Source: Eledone cirrhosa (Eukaryota). Taken from it: a stretch of 64,000 nucleotides of DNA. The stretch is taken from positions 29,270 to 93,269 of the forward strand of contig CAXHJY010000603.1 in NCBI GenBank assembly GCA_964016885.1, in the 5' to 3' direction. Positions 14,153 to 27,102 of this stretch are shown piece by piece. The translations under genes were made by a program, and so were the position numbers. The notes below the pieces were generated by a model. That model had not been told where the DNA came from and ran no database searches. It saw nothing but the letters and a program-made list of their open reading frames with translations. The number at the start of each line of letters is the position of its first letter. The stretch's first letter is position 1.

Positions 14153-15900
14153 TGACCTCTTAACATCCGATTTAAAAATAATCTAAAGATGAAAACAATT
14201 TGATATTTAAAACTGTATTGTTACATTTCACTGAAGACAGTCACCAACAATAGGATTAAATAACTCCACTGCTTTCTCTCCCCCACACCCATCATCATCA
14301 TTATCATCATCATCATCATTATCATCATTTTACATCTGCTTTCCCTGCTTGCAAGGGTTGGACAGGTCCTATTCAGCATACCATCTCTCCACCCGTCACG
14401 GTCCTGACCTCATTACTACTATCTGGTTTTTCCCACACCTAAACCCCACACACATACACACTCATACACACACACATATATATATTCTTTATAATATTAC
14501 TAAATACCTTCAAAATAATAATAATAATAATAATAATAGTTTCATTTATTGGCCACAAGGGCCAACATATAGGTGACAATACAAAAGACTGGGACAGTGG
14601 GGGTATACATACACAACGTGTAAACAATATAAATAACAATAAAAATGCACAAAGAAAATTCCTCAATGGAGGAAGGGGATGACCACCCAGGGTTAACTCA
14701 GGTACCCCACCAATCCTGAATGACCTGACGCTTCGAGAGCACCCGGGAAGGGCACCCCTCTCCTCCTCAACTTCACCCACCCACAGGAGCATGATCAGCG
14801 TAGGACCACTCACACGGGCCATTCTCGCCACATTCACCCACCTTTCAGGAAATGTACTGGGGGCAGCACTTCTCTCTCCACCCTCAGCTTCCTTTCCAAG
14901 TGAAACTTGAAAAAGTTGATGAGGGATTGGCCTAAGAGATAGTGTCTGTCTTCAGTCCTTGGAACCTGGTCCACCATACAACCTCTTTCGCTACTGCCAC
15001 CAGACAGAGGAAAATTGCCTGCCCTTTCAGGTCAAAAGAAGGTGGCGGGTCGATCCTCACTATGGACTCGGCCGATAGGTGGTTCCATTCCACACGCAAC
15101 AACAGCTGTTCGACATAACTCCACAAGTCAGTAATGCACGGACACTGGACGAGTGCGTGCAGAACAGTTTCGTCTCTCTGCACGCATCTCTGGCAGATCC
15201 GTCTAACAGCACTTCCGTGCCCGTAGAGTGCCCCCTGGTAACACTGCCAAGCAAGGGATTTCTGGAAGTTATCCATCATACCCGGCTCGAAAGTTTTCCG
15301 GAACAGATTGGTTAGTTCGACTTCGTCGACGCCCAGATTCTCTCCGAGTGCGTTGTTGCACTTGCCCACCACTAATCCTCTATAGAACTCGAGAGTGGAA
15401 GTTCCACTGACCGCATTCTGAGAAAGGAAATTATTGAGTGCAGACATCATTGGAAGGATTGGTGAAAGTCAAGAGACTTGAATTAAATCTTGTCAAGTGT
15501 GTCTGAAAAATATGCTCCCTTTATTCTTCATCTGTATTCTCAAAAAAAACCCTTGCAGGTTTTTGTTAACTTTTGACTTACATACACACACACACTCATG
15601 TATATCATCATCATCATCATCATCATCATCAACGATTAACATCTATATACCACGCTATATGGGTTAGACGGCAAGTTGGGTCGGGTGACCAGGTCTCGTA
15701 GCAACAATTTATTCATTTGTACACCAACCAAAAATTACACAATGAATATTGTTTACCCTCAGCTGCTTCACTTGTAGTTCTAAACAATTTAATTTTATAA
15801 TATTATTATTTTTTAATTTGGTTTTGTACAAAACTAAATTGTAAAATTATAATATTATAAAATTAAATAAAATTGTTTAGAACTACAAGTGAAGTCATTC
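14140..15900. repeat. Locally duplicated unit, copy 1 (interrupted by a LINE)
   Basis: 14140-14530 plus 15415-15850 match 20345-21120 directly and 26860-27820 inverted. Confidence 0.85.
14540..15415 (-). mobile_element. L1/Tx1-like LINE 3' fragment (zf-RVT region)
   Basis: CQRC..ETVLHALVQCP..W motif; AATAAA and (TTA)n 3' end; absent from the paralogous copy near 20640. Confidence 0.85.
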
Positions 15901-15924
15901 TTTTCCTTTTTTAAAATATATATA

Positions 15925-16095
15925 TATAACAAAGAAAGTATGGTAAGAAACCAGGTGGACCATAATGCACCAGAGTACTCGATATTTAGGGTAGTAGAGT
16001 GGGTAAAAGGAGAAGAGTCAGGACACCAACGGCTGAGCTGCGGTCGTTGCGACAGCTAGAGCCAAACTCCGTTCGGATCTAGCTGTCGAAACAGG
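15925..16095. mobile_element. Hairpin + tail element, family P, copy 4 (short right arm)
   Basis: Tail and left arm are similar to 320-455. Confidence 0.7.
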
Positions 16096-16371
16096 ATTAA
16101 CAACATGTAATTTTTATTTCCATTTGGATAAAACCAATATAACCTTTTATCTAAAACAATCTACTATAATCAACTATGTTGGTTGCTCATGAGTTGGAAG
16201 CAGCAACAATTTATTCATTTGCACACCAACCAAAAATTACACAAGGAATATTGTTTATCCTGAGCTGCTTCAAGTTTCTAAATTCTATTATCATTACAAT
16301 TTTGATATTTTTTTCATAAAATAGAGATATTTTAGAATAATTGTGAGAAAAAAAATTATAGGTACATATAT

Positions 16372-18011
16372 TTTGTACCAGGAAGAGGCACCACTGATGC
16401 CCTCTTCCTTGTGAGGCAATTACGGGAAAAGTACCTAGCTAAAAGTAAGCCACTCTACTTGGCATTTGTCGACCTTGAGAAAGCCTTTGACAGAGTTCCA
16501 CGTGTTGTAATCTGGTGGGCTCTTAGAAAACTAGGAGTAGATGAATGGCTTGTGAAAGCGGTACAAGCCATGTATAGGGGAGCAGTCAGAAAAGTTAGGA
16601 TTAGCAATGAGTATAGCGAGGAATTTAGCGTACAGGTTGGGGTCCACCAGGGCTCTGTTCTTAGCCCTCTCCTGTTCATCATATTCCTGCAGGCAATAAC
16701 GGAGGAGTTTAAGACCGGATGCCCATGGGAACTCCTGTATGCTGATGACCTCGCACTCATAGCTGAATCTATGGTAGAACTAGAGAATAAATTCCAAACC
16801 TGGAAGCAGGGACTAGAAAGAAAGGGTCTCAAAGTCAACATAACAAAGACTAAGGTCCTTGTAAGTAGACGAGAAAACAGAACCCAGATCCCCTCAGGGA
16901 AATGGCCTTGCTCAGTATGTAGGAAGGGTGTAGGTAGGAACTCCATTCTCTGCCCCAAATGCAAACAATGGGTACACAAGAGATGTAGCGGGATCTCAGG
17001 AAGCTTAATTAAGAATGTAGGATTCACATGCAGCAGCTGTGCTGAAACAGCAAGCAGCAAACAGCCACAGCAAACAAGTACCACCAATCTCTGGGAGGGC
17101 CCTGTAGAAACAGTAGACAGCTTCTGCTACCTAGGTGACCGAATTAGCAACGGAGGTGGGTGTTCAGAAAGTACAATAACTAGGGTAAGAACGGGATGGA
17201 AGAAGTTTAGGGAACTACTACCACTGCTAGCTGCAAAAGGCTTCTCCCTCAGAATGAAAGGCAGACTGTATGATGCGTGTATCCGAACAGCGATGTTGCA
17301 TGGTAGTGAGACCTGGGCGCTGAAGGTGGAAGACTTATGTAGATTAGAGAGAAACGAAGCCTGCATGCTCTGATGGATGTGTAACAGTAATATACGTGAA
17401 CGACAAAGCATAAATGAATTGAGAGAGAGACTGAGCATAAGAGGAATCAAATGCTGTGTGCAGGAGAGGCGGTTGCGCTGGTATGGACATGTGATGCGTA
17501 TGAAGGATGACAGCTGCATAAAAAGGTGCAGAGCACTAGAAGTTGATGAAAACCGCGGAGTGGGGAGACTCAAGATGACCTGGGATGAGGTGATAAAAGC
17601 CGACCTTACCCATTTACACCTCTCAAAGACAATGACACACGACCGTGACTTCTGGCGTCAAGCAGTAATACAGAGTACCCGAACTCCCATGGGTACATGC
17701 TGAAGCATATAAACAATATGCCCCCACACGCCCCCACTGCAAGGTGGTCGTGGAGGTGCCACGGCAAAAAAGCACCCAGCCCACACTGTAAAGTGGACGT
17801 GTAGGCGCCACGAAAAAGCACCCAGCACTCACTGTAAATGAGGTTGGTGTTAGGAAGGGCATCCAGCTGTAGAAATCAAGCCAGATCAGTTCCTGTATGA
17901 GCAAGGCATGGTCAGCCGACCAGACACTGCACACAACAGGACAACCCGTCTAACCCATGCTAGCGTGGAAGAACTGACGTAAAACGGTGATGATGATGAT
18001 GTGATGATGAT
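16372..18011 (+). mobile_element. RTE-clade LINE: RT domain to 3' end, one premature stop
   Basis: AFVDLEKAFDRV, GVHQGSVLSPLLF and LLYADDL motifs; PHD-like Cys cluster; TGA at 17371-17373; (GAT)n tail. Confidence 0.95.
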
Positions 18012-18442
18012 ATATTGTTTACTAATCTGAATAAGAACAGCAATAACCCAGGCAACGCCAGGTGATTCAGCTATTGATTCTATATAATAAGATATATGTA
18101 TATATATATTTGTACATATATAAGTAAATATATATATATATATATATTTGTATGTATATATGATTATATTAATATATTTTTCTATAGAAAAATATATATT
18201 TTCTGTTAAATTGAATAACAGACTGATGGGATTTGAACTCAGAATGTAAAGGGTTGTAACTCTATGCCACCAAGCATGTTGTGTGATGGTCTACCAATTA
18301 CTTCTAGATCCAATAATAATGTGTCTATCTCCTTATCTATCTATCCCTCCCCTCTATCTCCATATATATATATAAACACATATATATATGTGTATATATA
18401 CATATTACACACATTCATGTATGTATGCTTACACACACACAC

Positions 18443-18489
<47 letters not shown>

Positions 18490-18494
18490 ATGAA

Positions 18495-19921
18495 GCAAGG
18501 AGACAAGAGTACTTTGCGAGAAGGGAAGCAGAGGAAAGAAAGTTCAAGCATGTTCTAATGTAACGAATATAGTGAAGAATCTGGCGTAAAAGTTGGTGTT
18601 CATGAAGGCTCTGACCCCCCCTCCTATTTATTATTGCCCTTCAGGCTATAACAGACGAGTTTAAGACTGGCTGCTCATGTAAACTTCTATACGCAGATGA
18701 TGTAACTCTCATAGCTGAATCGATGGCTCAACTAGAGAAGAAATTCCCAACTTGGAAGCATGGCCTAGAATCAAAAGGCCTTAAAGTTAACTTGTCTAAG
18801 ACTAAAGTTCGAGTATGTAGAAAGGATAATAAGGCCCAGGTACCCTCAGGGAAATGGCCATGCTCAGGTGCAATAAGTAGCAAGTGCCCACAGGATACTA
18901 GCTCCTTCAATTGCTCAGATGGTTCTATAGAAATAGTGGACACCTTCCGTTACCTGGAGGACGAAATCAGCAGTGGTGGAGGGTGCTCTGAAAGTACAGT
19001 AGCCAGAGTCAGAACGGGATGGAAAAAGTTCAGAGAGCTTATACCACTATTGGCCGCTGATAGTTTCTCTGTAAAAATGAAAGGCAAATTGTATGATGCC
19101 TGCATACGAACAGAAATGTTACATGGCAGTGAGACATAGGCATTGTGTGCAGAGGATCTGCGCAGACTGGAGAGGAACGAAGCATGCATGCTCCGTTGGA
19201 TGTGCAATAGTAATATACGCGAACGGCAAAGCATAAATCAACTAAGTGAGAAATTAAGAATAAGAGGGATCAGATGCTGTTTACTTGAAAGAAAACTAGG
19301 TTGGTATGGTCACGTGATGCGCATGAAAGACGACAGCTGCATAAAAAGTGCAGGGGTGATAAAACTTGATGGAAGTTACGGAGTAGGTAGACCCAGAAAA
19401 ACCTGGGACGATTTGATAAATTCCGACCTCATACATACACCTCTCTAAGGCAATGTCACTGGACCAAGATCTTTGACGCTACGCAGTAATACAGAAGACC
19501 TGCCTTGCCTATGTACAAAGCGAAACCTACAGTCAGTAGACACCTCTTGACCAAATATATACCCCATCCCACTACAAACTACTCCATCTTTCAACCCCAC
19601 CAACACCACGCTCTCTCTGTAAAGTTATGTTGGTAGCACAACATCCAGTCCAAAATAAATGAGGTCGTGAGGGTGTCACAACAAAATAAAACATACAGTC
19701 GACGCTGTAATGTGGCTGTGTAGGTAACACGGTAAAAACCTCCCAGTCCACACTGTAAACGTGGTTGGTATTAGGAAGTGCATCCAGCCATAGAAAACCT
19801 GCCAGACAGTCCTATATGAGCGAGACATGGTCACCCGACCAATCTTGTCTCAAGTGGGACAATTCCCATCTAAACCCATGCTAGCGTGGAAGATAGATGT
19901 TAAACGTTGATGATGATGATT
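18495..19921 (+). mobile_element. Degraded RTE LINE with internal deletions
   Basis: LLYADDV remnant, FRYL, GWKKFREL and GRPRKTW motifs; stop codons; (GAT)n tail. Confidence 0.9.
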
Positions 19922-19999
19922 ATACACAGGTATGTATACTTATGTGTTATATATATATTCACATTCAGGTATGTATACTTATATATATATATATATATA

Positions 20000-21395
20000 C
20001 AATGATATTAAATAAATGGAAACTATATTTATAAATCCATATTTATTCTATTATATATATTTGAAGGGTACCAAAGGTGGTAGTAGTGGTGGTGGGGTTA
20101 GTGCTGGTAGTGGTGGTAGTGGTAGTTGTGGTATGGTAGTGGTTGTGGTAGTGGTAGTTGTGGTATGGTAGTGGTGGTGGTAGTAATGGTGGTGGTATTG
20201 GTAGTGGTGGTGGTAGTTGTGGTATGGTAGTGGTGGTGGTATCGGTGTTGGTAGTGGTAGTGGTTGTTGTGGTGGTGGTAGTGGTGTTAATGGTGTTGGT
20301 GGTGGTAGTAATGGTAGTAGTGGTGGTGGTAGTGGTGGTGGTGCTTGTGTGTGTGCACCTGTGTGTGACCTCTTAACATCCGATTTAAAAATAATCTAAA
20401 GATGAAAACAACTTGATATTTAAAACTGTATTGTTACATTTCACTGAACACAGTCACCAACAATAGTATTAAATAACTCCACTGCTTTCTCTCCACCACA
20501 CCCATATACAACCTCATTACTACTATCTAGTTTTTCCCACACCTAAACCCCACACACATACACACTCATACACACACACACATATATATTCTCTTTATAA
20601 CATTACTAAATACCTTCAAAATAATAATAATAATAAATTAAAGAAAAGACTTCTGAGAAAGGAAATTATTGAGGGCAGACATCATTGGAAGAATTGGTGA
20701 AAGTCAAGAGACTTGAATGAAATCTTCTCAAGTGAGTCTGAAAAATATGCTCCCTTTATTCTTCATCTGTAATCTCAAAAAAACCCTTGCAGGTTTCTGT
20801 TAACTTTTGACTTACATACACACACACACTCATGTATATCATCATCATCATCATCATCATCATCATCGATTAACGTCTATATTCCACACTAACATGGGTT
20901 AGACAGGTTTGTCCCATTGAGGGGCAAGTTAGGTCGGGTGACCGGGTCTCGCAGCAACAATTTATTCATTTGTACACCAACCAAAAATTACACAATGAAT
21001 ATTGTTTACCCTCAGCTGCTTCACTTGTAGTTCTAAACAATTTAATTTTATAATATTATAATTTTTTTAATTTGGTTTTGTAGGTCTAGATCTACAAAAC
21101 TAATTGTAAAATTATAATAATATAAATACACACACACACACACATACTATTTACCTTGTGCAACAGACTCTTAATGAGGACTTGATCTGAATGGATTTGA
21201 CCAGCTTTTAACATGACATGTGCATTCTTCAGCATCTGGTGGATGTGGTATTTCAGGATGACGGTGTTGTGATCATGATCTGGGCACTGGTTTATGAAGG
21301 AACGGTAGACACAGACATATATTGAGCAACAAAGGGCTATATTATATGCACAAGATGTGGAGGTGGGCGGTGATTAATTCTTTTACCGATTCTTA
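20000..21395. repeat. Left arm of an inverted duplication (partner 26590-28560)
   Basis: Colinear reverse-complement match that includes the (GGT)n/(ACC)n tract. Confidence 0.9.
21155..21286 (-). CDS. Candidate 132-nt phase 0-0 coding exon, unidentified product
   Basis: Pyrimidine-rich tract ..CAG| open frame CPDHDHNTVILKYHIHQMLKNAHVMLKAGQIHSDQVLIKSLLHK |GTAAAT; the other two frames are closed. Confidence 0.4.
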
Positions 21396-21721
21396 TATAT
21401 ATATATATATAAATATAGTATAACTGAACAAAAAAGCAAAATGAACATATACATATATACATATATGTGTTCAAATCCCAATGGACCAGAATCGCTAAGG
21501 TGAAAAAAATACTAACTACAGACAATAGGGTTGACTACCGATCACCCAGACGGTTTTGATAGAACAGTTTCGCAATATTATTTGTGAAGAGGAATACCAA
21601 AGTCCTAGCTCATCAGTGAGTGAAGAAATTATTATCCTGATCACTTCTAAATATAATTAAAAAAACTGGATAGTGTGTGTATATGTAACGCACATGGTTC
21701 CAGAACTTAGCGTGTCTCGCA

Positions 21722-21948
21722 GACTCACGCCACTAAAAATAGTAGCCGAGTCTACTCAACATTTGAATTAGCTCGATGAATTAACGGATCCACGGCTCGG
21801 AAAACCTTTTTCCTGGAGCTAATTTACTGTAATGAGACTATTTTGAGTTTCTAACTCAATACATGCCTTTGATATATATGGCTCCGTTAATTTGTCGAGC
21901 TAATTCAAATGTCGATTAGACCCGGCTGCTATTTTTAGTGGCGTGAGT
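21722..21948. mobile_element. MITE-like inverted-repeat element
   Basis: Imperfect arms ~21722-21792 and ~21878-21948 (ACTCACGCCACTAAAAATAG../..CTATTTTTAGTGGCGTGAGT). Confidence 0.65.
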
Positions 21949-22290
21949 ATAGAAAAGTCACATACATGTATGTAAACAGCTGAAGATATATATATATATT
22001 ACCTTTCGCTCATGAAATCCACCCAGATTATGCTGACCAGGACTACCATGTTGATTGTTTATTTCCTATCTTTGGTTTGCTTTTATCCTTCTATGTTGTT
22101 CACTTGTCCCCCTTGCTTTACGCGATTTACTGGTCCCAATAACTTTTTTTAGTTATTGCTCTACACCAACCTGTGGTATTTGATTTTTAATGCGATGAAA
22201 TACCAATGATGGTTGGAAAATCACTGACGAAGGACTATTTTTATCATATGTAACCTATGTGCAACCACGCAGTATTCTTCTTTCTTCACA

Positions 22291-22393
<103 letters not shown>

Positions 22394-23420
22394 TCATAGG
22401 GATATATGTATATATTTAAACATAGTCACAGATACATATATGAGTGTGGCTACCTTTCACGGTGTGGCTCAATGAAACATTTAATTAAGCAAATAATTAT
22501 TAATCAGAGCTATATATAAAATTGCAAGTTTGAAGAACTATTAGATAAAATTTACCCAGTCTTTCTTCACCCTAGTCCGTAGAAATCAACCAGATAAATA
22601 ATCATTTAAACGGAACTATAAGATTGAAATGTAACCTCGAAGAAATAATAGATAAATAATACAGACTATTTTCCGCGAGGAACAGTCAGATAAAATTTCT
22701 CTAGTCTTTCCTCTTAGGCCGTAGAAATTAACTAGACAAATAATCAATTAAACGGAGCTAGGTCTAAAATATAAGTTAGAAGAAAAAATGCATATAAACT
22801 TCACCAAAATTCCTCTAGTCCCGACTATTGATAGTTTCACTCATAAATTAATGGTGTCATGTCTGAGAGACTTAATTTTGGATATATATACAGCCCCTTA
22901 ATTGTAGAGCCAACTCAGTTGAAAGGACTCGGCTGCTATTTCTAGCTGTCGATAATCCTAATTACGCCACTGCGATGACGCTGGTACGATGTGTGTATTT
23001 TTAAAAAATGCAACACGTGCTACGAGTCATTCACAGATTTGAATTTTCTGTGTAAACACAGATAGTTAAATTTTCTCCCTTGTTGAAAATCCGGGATTTG
23101 CCGATTGATGATGAAATATATTTCTTTAATGAAACATATATAAAGGAGATTAATCATTTTAAAAGGTATCTATTTTTGAAGTTCTAGTTAAACTTTAATT
23201 ACTTACCTACCTGCTTACACACTTTACAAACTATTCCCTGTGATTGTTTCATGTGTTTATTTTAGATATATATGTATTTCAATCAATTTCTAGTTGATAT
23301 AAAATGCTCGGATCTATTCATTGGAATCTTTGAGCTTATTCTGCAGTGAATATGGCGCATGTCTCTCAGACATGACAACCTTAATTTAATTTTGGATATA
23401 TATATATATATATGCGTGTG

Positions 23421-23474
<54 letters not shown>

Positions 23475-23479
<5 letters not shown>

Positions 23480-23558
23480 GACTAGAACTGTTTCATTCTT
23501 TAGAAATCATCAGGGATTCCTGATGATTTCTAAAGAATGAAACAGTTCTAGTCCTGTA
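23475..23558. ncRNA. Perfect 40-bp palindrome built from a hammerhead core
   Basis: 40-bp arms with a 4-nt spacer; each strand reads CTGATGA-TTTC TAAA GAAT-GAAAC AGTTCTA GTC-CTGTA. Confidence 0.7.
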
Positions 23559-23566
23559 GAATCTCA

Positions 23567-23604
<38 letters not shown>

Positions 23605-23704
23605 CACACACGCATATATATATCCAAAATTAAATTAAGGTTGTCATGTCTGAGAGACATGCGCCATATTCACTGCAGAATAAATAAATATATATATATA
23701 TATA

Positions 23705-24430
23705 TATTGTTATACTTTGGGAGGGTCATGTTGCCAATAAGAAACACACGCACCAGTTGCTTTCACTTCAATTTATTATAATAAATTTATAAATTTCCGG
23801 TTGGTTGGTTGGTTCCACAACCAGATGGTTGTTTATATATTGTCAAAGTTCTTTCGTCACACATTCTGTGACCTCTTCAGTGACTGGACATTCTTTTGTT
23901 TGTTTTTATGCCTCTCCTTTGTTCTGTCTTACGCCATCTTGTTTCTGTGTGTGTGTTGTGTGCTCAGTCTGCGCATGCGCCACATCTAGGTGTCTGTGTG
24001 TGTTTATATTCGTTTATTTATTTGTTTATTTACATGTTACAGGTTGGTTGTTTGTTCTATGTGCGTGTGTGTTTTCATTTTGTCCTTAATTGTAAGTTGT
24101 GATGTTGCTGTTCCACTCATGTTTTCTATTTAATTTTGGTTGTAATTCTTTTATGTTTATTGCCTCTGATTTGTCTAAACATTGCGTCTTTTCTGTGTGT
24201 AGATTCTATTTTTATTTCTATGTTCTCTAATTTACCCTTATGTTCTATTTTAGCATGTGGGTAGAGTACAGATGATTCTTTACTATCTTGAAGGTCTCGC
24301 CAGTGTTCATTTATCCGTTCCCCTACACTACGAGCTGTCTCACCTATGTACACTGTATTTTTGTCTCTACATTGTCCTTCAGTACATCTTATGCTATATA
24401 CTACATTTCTAGTTTTACAGTTAATATGGG
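23705..24430 (-). mobile_element. PLE 3' fragment: GIY-YIG endonuclease and 3' region
   Basis: NVVYSIRC..C..VYIGETARSVGERINEH..H..H..LN motifs; 23705-23890 is homologous to 53300-53475. Confidence 0.85.
23842..23884 (-). ncRNA. Minimal hammerhead motif (family F)
   Basis: GTCA-CTGAAGA-G GTCACA GAATG TGTGAC-GAAAG AA CTT-TGAC. Confidence 0.75.
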
Positions 24431-24445
24431 GGCTTAATTTACAGG

Positions 24446-24555
24446 TTATACATTTCTTATCTTAACTTTCCCTTTCATCCTTACGGGGTCGATAAAATAA
24501 AGTATCAGTAATGCACTGGGGTAATTGCTGGCCTTGTGCCAAAAGTAGAAACTAT
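24446..24555 (+). mobile_element. SINE family C fragment
   Basis: CCTTTCATCCTTACGGGGTCGATAAAATAAAGTA..GGCCTTGTGCC..AGTAGAAAC, shared with 26931-27102. Confidence 0.75.
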
Positions 24556-24574
24556 TAATTAAATTTAGCAACCA

Positions 24575-24790
24575 CCTTTGGACTAGAGCAGATAGGGTTA
24601 ACAATTTCGATATCACTATGGGGTCATCGGACTCGTCGCAATTAACGGATCTTGTGGGGCTTTTTATTAACAATACTTTACATAGGAAAATACCAGAGAT
24701 GACCGGTGGTTTATATCGTGACGAATTGCTATTACTTATTGAAAATAATAATAATTGTGAAATAAATAGGAAAAGAAAAGAAATTATACA
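24575..24790 (+). pseudogene. Naiad-type PLE RT fragment
   Basis: WTR..FDITMGSSDSSQLTDLVGLF..GGLYRDE, homologous to the ORF at 32117-34048. Confidence 0.85.
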
Positions 24791-24987
24791 ATCAAAACCG
24801 TCTGGGTGATCGGTAGTTACCACAATACCGGTTTGTATTTATTTTTATTTATTTATTCTTAAATTGAGCCTAGCAAACCCTATTGTCTGTAGTTAGTATT
24901 TTTTCACCTTAGCGATTCTGGTCCATTACAATTCGAACACATATATGTATATATGTATATGTTCATTTTGCTTTTTTATTCAGTTTT

Positions 24988-25046
<59 letters not shown>

Positions 25047-25049
<3 letters not shown>

Positions 25050-25401
25050 GATAAATCTACCAAGAGTTTACGGTAGTGTCCAATCCGTATGAAGAACTCA
25101 ATGTATTCCGGATATCATGGAAAGAAGATATGTAATGAAAAATCACTTTCGGTGAAAGATAAACGGTATACAGAGTCAAGATAAAACATTATTTCTGAAG
25201 ACGGCGTATATATGTGTTGGTATGTATATTTAATCTTGATAGTTTGTATAATTTTGTATAATTTTGTACATAGATCTGTTGAATATGCATGCCAATTCTA
25301 ACACATATATATCCTAGAAACGATCGTTAAATAATGAACTTTTTTTGTTTAATATAAGGAACTGTTTTCATTGTTTATTCATTATTTGTTTAATATTTTA
25401 T
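25047..25401. mobile_element. Miniature derivative of the large Naiad element (tail plus inverted hammerhead end)
   Basis: 25047-25186 matches 28607-28746 and 25187-25401 matches 36307-36513; flanked by (TA)n. Confidence 0.88.
25187..25336 (+). ncRNA. Hammerhead motif, family A (long stem II)
   Basis: CATTATTT-CTGAAGA-~115 nt hairpin-GAAAC GATC GTT-AAATAATG. Confidence 0.8.
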
Positions 25402-25500
25402 ATATATATATATATATAATTAAGTTAAAAGTGTACATCCACATATACAAAAGTGAGTTACAAACGAAACGAAATTTAATTTCGTTTCGTTATTTGTTTT

Positions 25501-25539
<39 letters not shown>

Positions 25540-25567
25540 TCTAATTCGAATGGAAGGAGATGGGATG

Positions 25568-25638
25568 TGTATTGGTGTAATGGTAGCACAGTGGTCCGGA
25601 TAACCAAAGATGTGGGTTCGACTCCCATGTACGGCAAC
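25568..25638 (+). mobile_element. tRNA-like head of a SINE-like repeat
   Basis: A-box TGGTGTAATGG and B-box GGTTCGACTCC. Downstream 25665-25780 is related to 5395-5540. The cloverleaf is imperfect. Confidence 0.55.
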
Positions 25639-25814
25639 ACTCAATTTTTCCATTTCTCCGAGGGTTATAAACCCCACTATCAGGCTAGAAATTTCTTTAG
25701 TCTAAAATACGGTGAAAGCTTATAATTTCTAATTTCTAATTTTCAAACTCGTGCACCGTTTCAAAAACATACTTACATGTTTACATTTATAATTTGCTTG
25801 TATATATATATAAT

Positions 25815-26587
25815 GCAGATCCTGGGTACACAAGATATGTAGTGGGATAGCAGGCAAACTAACAGGTAGGGAGAAATATGTATGCAGTAGATGTACAGGG
25901 AAATTAGACAGTAGAAGTCGCATTCATAGACACATTTTTCAAATGCAGGAGGGCACTATAGAAGTGGTGGATAGCTTCCGGTACCTAGGAGATCAGGTTA
26001 GCATGGGAGGAGGGTGTTCCGAGGCCATAGTATCTAGAATAAGGACGGGTTGGAAGAAGTTTAGGGAGCTGCTTGCTCTGTTGACGAAGAAGGGTTTCTC
26101 CCTACGTACAAAAGGCCGGTTGTATGATGCCTGTGTGAGGAGCGCGATGCTGCATGGTAGTGAGACATGGGCAGCAACTGCAGAGGATATGCGACGGCTG
26201 GGGAGAAATGAGGCAAGCATGCTCCGTTGGATGTGCAGTGTAAATATGCGTGAACGACTCAGCATGAATGTGTTGAGAGAGAAACTGTGTCTGAGAGGGA
26301 TAGAATGTAGTGTACGGGAGAGGAGACTGAGGTGGTATGGACATGTGATGCGCATGGAGGATGACCGATGGGTGAAGAAGTGCCAGGAATTGCCAGTTGA
26401 AGGAAGACGTGGTAGAGGTAGACCACGAAAAACATAGGCGGAGGTGATGAGAACAGACCTCAGATCATTGAAGCTCACGGTGGAGATGACGAGGGACCGT
26501 GACGAGTGGAGAGATGCTGTGCTGAATAAGACACGTCCCACCCTTGCAAGCAGGGAAAAGCGGACGTAAAATGATGATGATGATGAT
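25815..26587 (+). mobile_element. RTE-clade LINE 3' fragment
   Basis: FRYLGD..GWKKFREL..RLRWYGHVMRM..GRPRKT*; (GAT)n tail. Confidence 0.92.
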
Positions 26588-26703
26588 ATATATATAAGAA
26601 TCAGTAAAATAATTAATCACCGCCCACCTCCACATCTTGTGCATATAATATAGCCCTTTGTTTCTCTATATATGTATGTGTCTACCGTTCCTTCATAAAC
26701 CAG

Positions 26704-26835
26704 TTCCCAGAACATGATCACAACACCGTCATCCTGAAATACCACATCCACCAGATGCTGAAGAATGCACATGTCATGTTAAAAGCTGGTCAAATCCATT
26801 CAGATCAAGTCCTCATTAAGAGTCTGTTGCACAAG
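26704..26835 (+). CDS. Candidate 132-nt coding exon, second copy
   Basis: CAG|FPEHDHNTVILKYHIHQMLKNAHVMLKAGQIHSDQVLIKSLLHK|GTAAAT; 2 nt differ from 21155-21286. Confidence 0.4.
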
Positions 26836-26930
26836 GTAAATAGTATGTGTGTGTGTGTATTTATAATATTATAATTTTACAATTTCGTTTTGTAGATCTA
26901 GACCTACAAAACCAAATTATAAAAATATAA

Positions 26931-27102
26931 TTGTTTCTACTTTAGGCACAAGGCCAGCAATTATCCAGTGCATTACTGGTACTTTATTTTATCGACCCCG
27001 TAAGGATGGAAGGCAAAGTCAACCTCGGCGGGATTTGAACTCAGATCGTAAAGGGACGTAACTATGCTGGAAAGCATGGCGTCCGACCCTCTACCGATAC
27101 TG
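26931..27102 (-). mobile_element. SINE family C inserted in the duplicated unit
   Basis: B-box GAGTTCAAATCC on the minus strand; absent at the paralogous site near 21060; short ATAAT duplication at the ends. Confidence 0.85.

Noticed and set aside
17371-17373. Read-through or recoded stop in the RTE ORF
   Set aside because: Arg in the sister copies (MLRWMC), so most simply a CGA>TGA mutation.
22165-22260. Hammerhead around CTGACGA (also 4440-4500, minus)
   Set aside because: GAAA lies upstream and I could not close stems II and III convincingly in either permutation.
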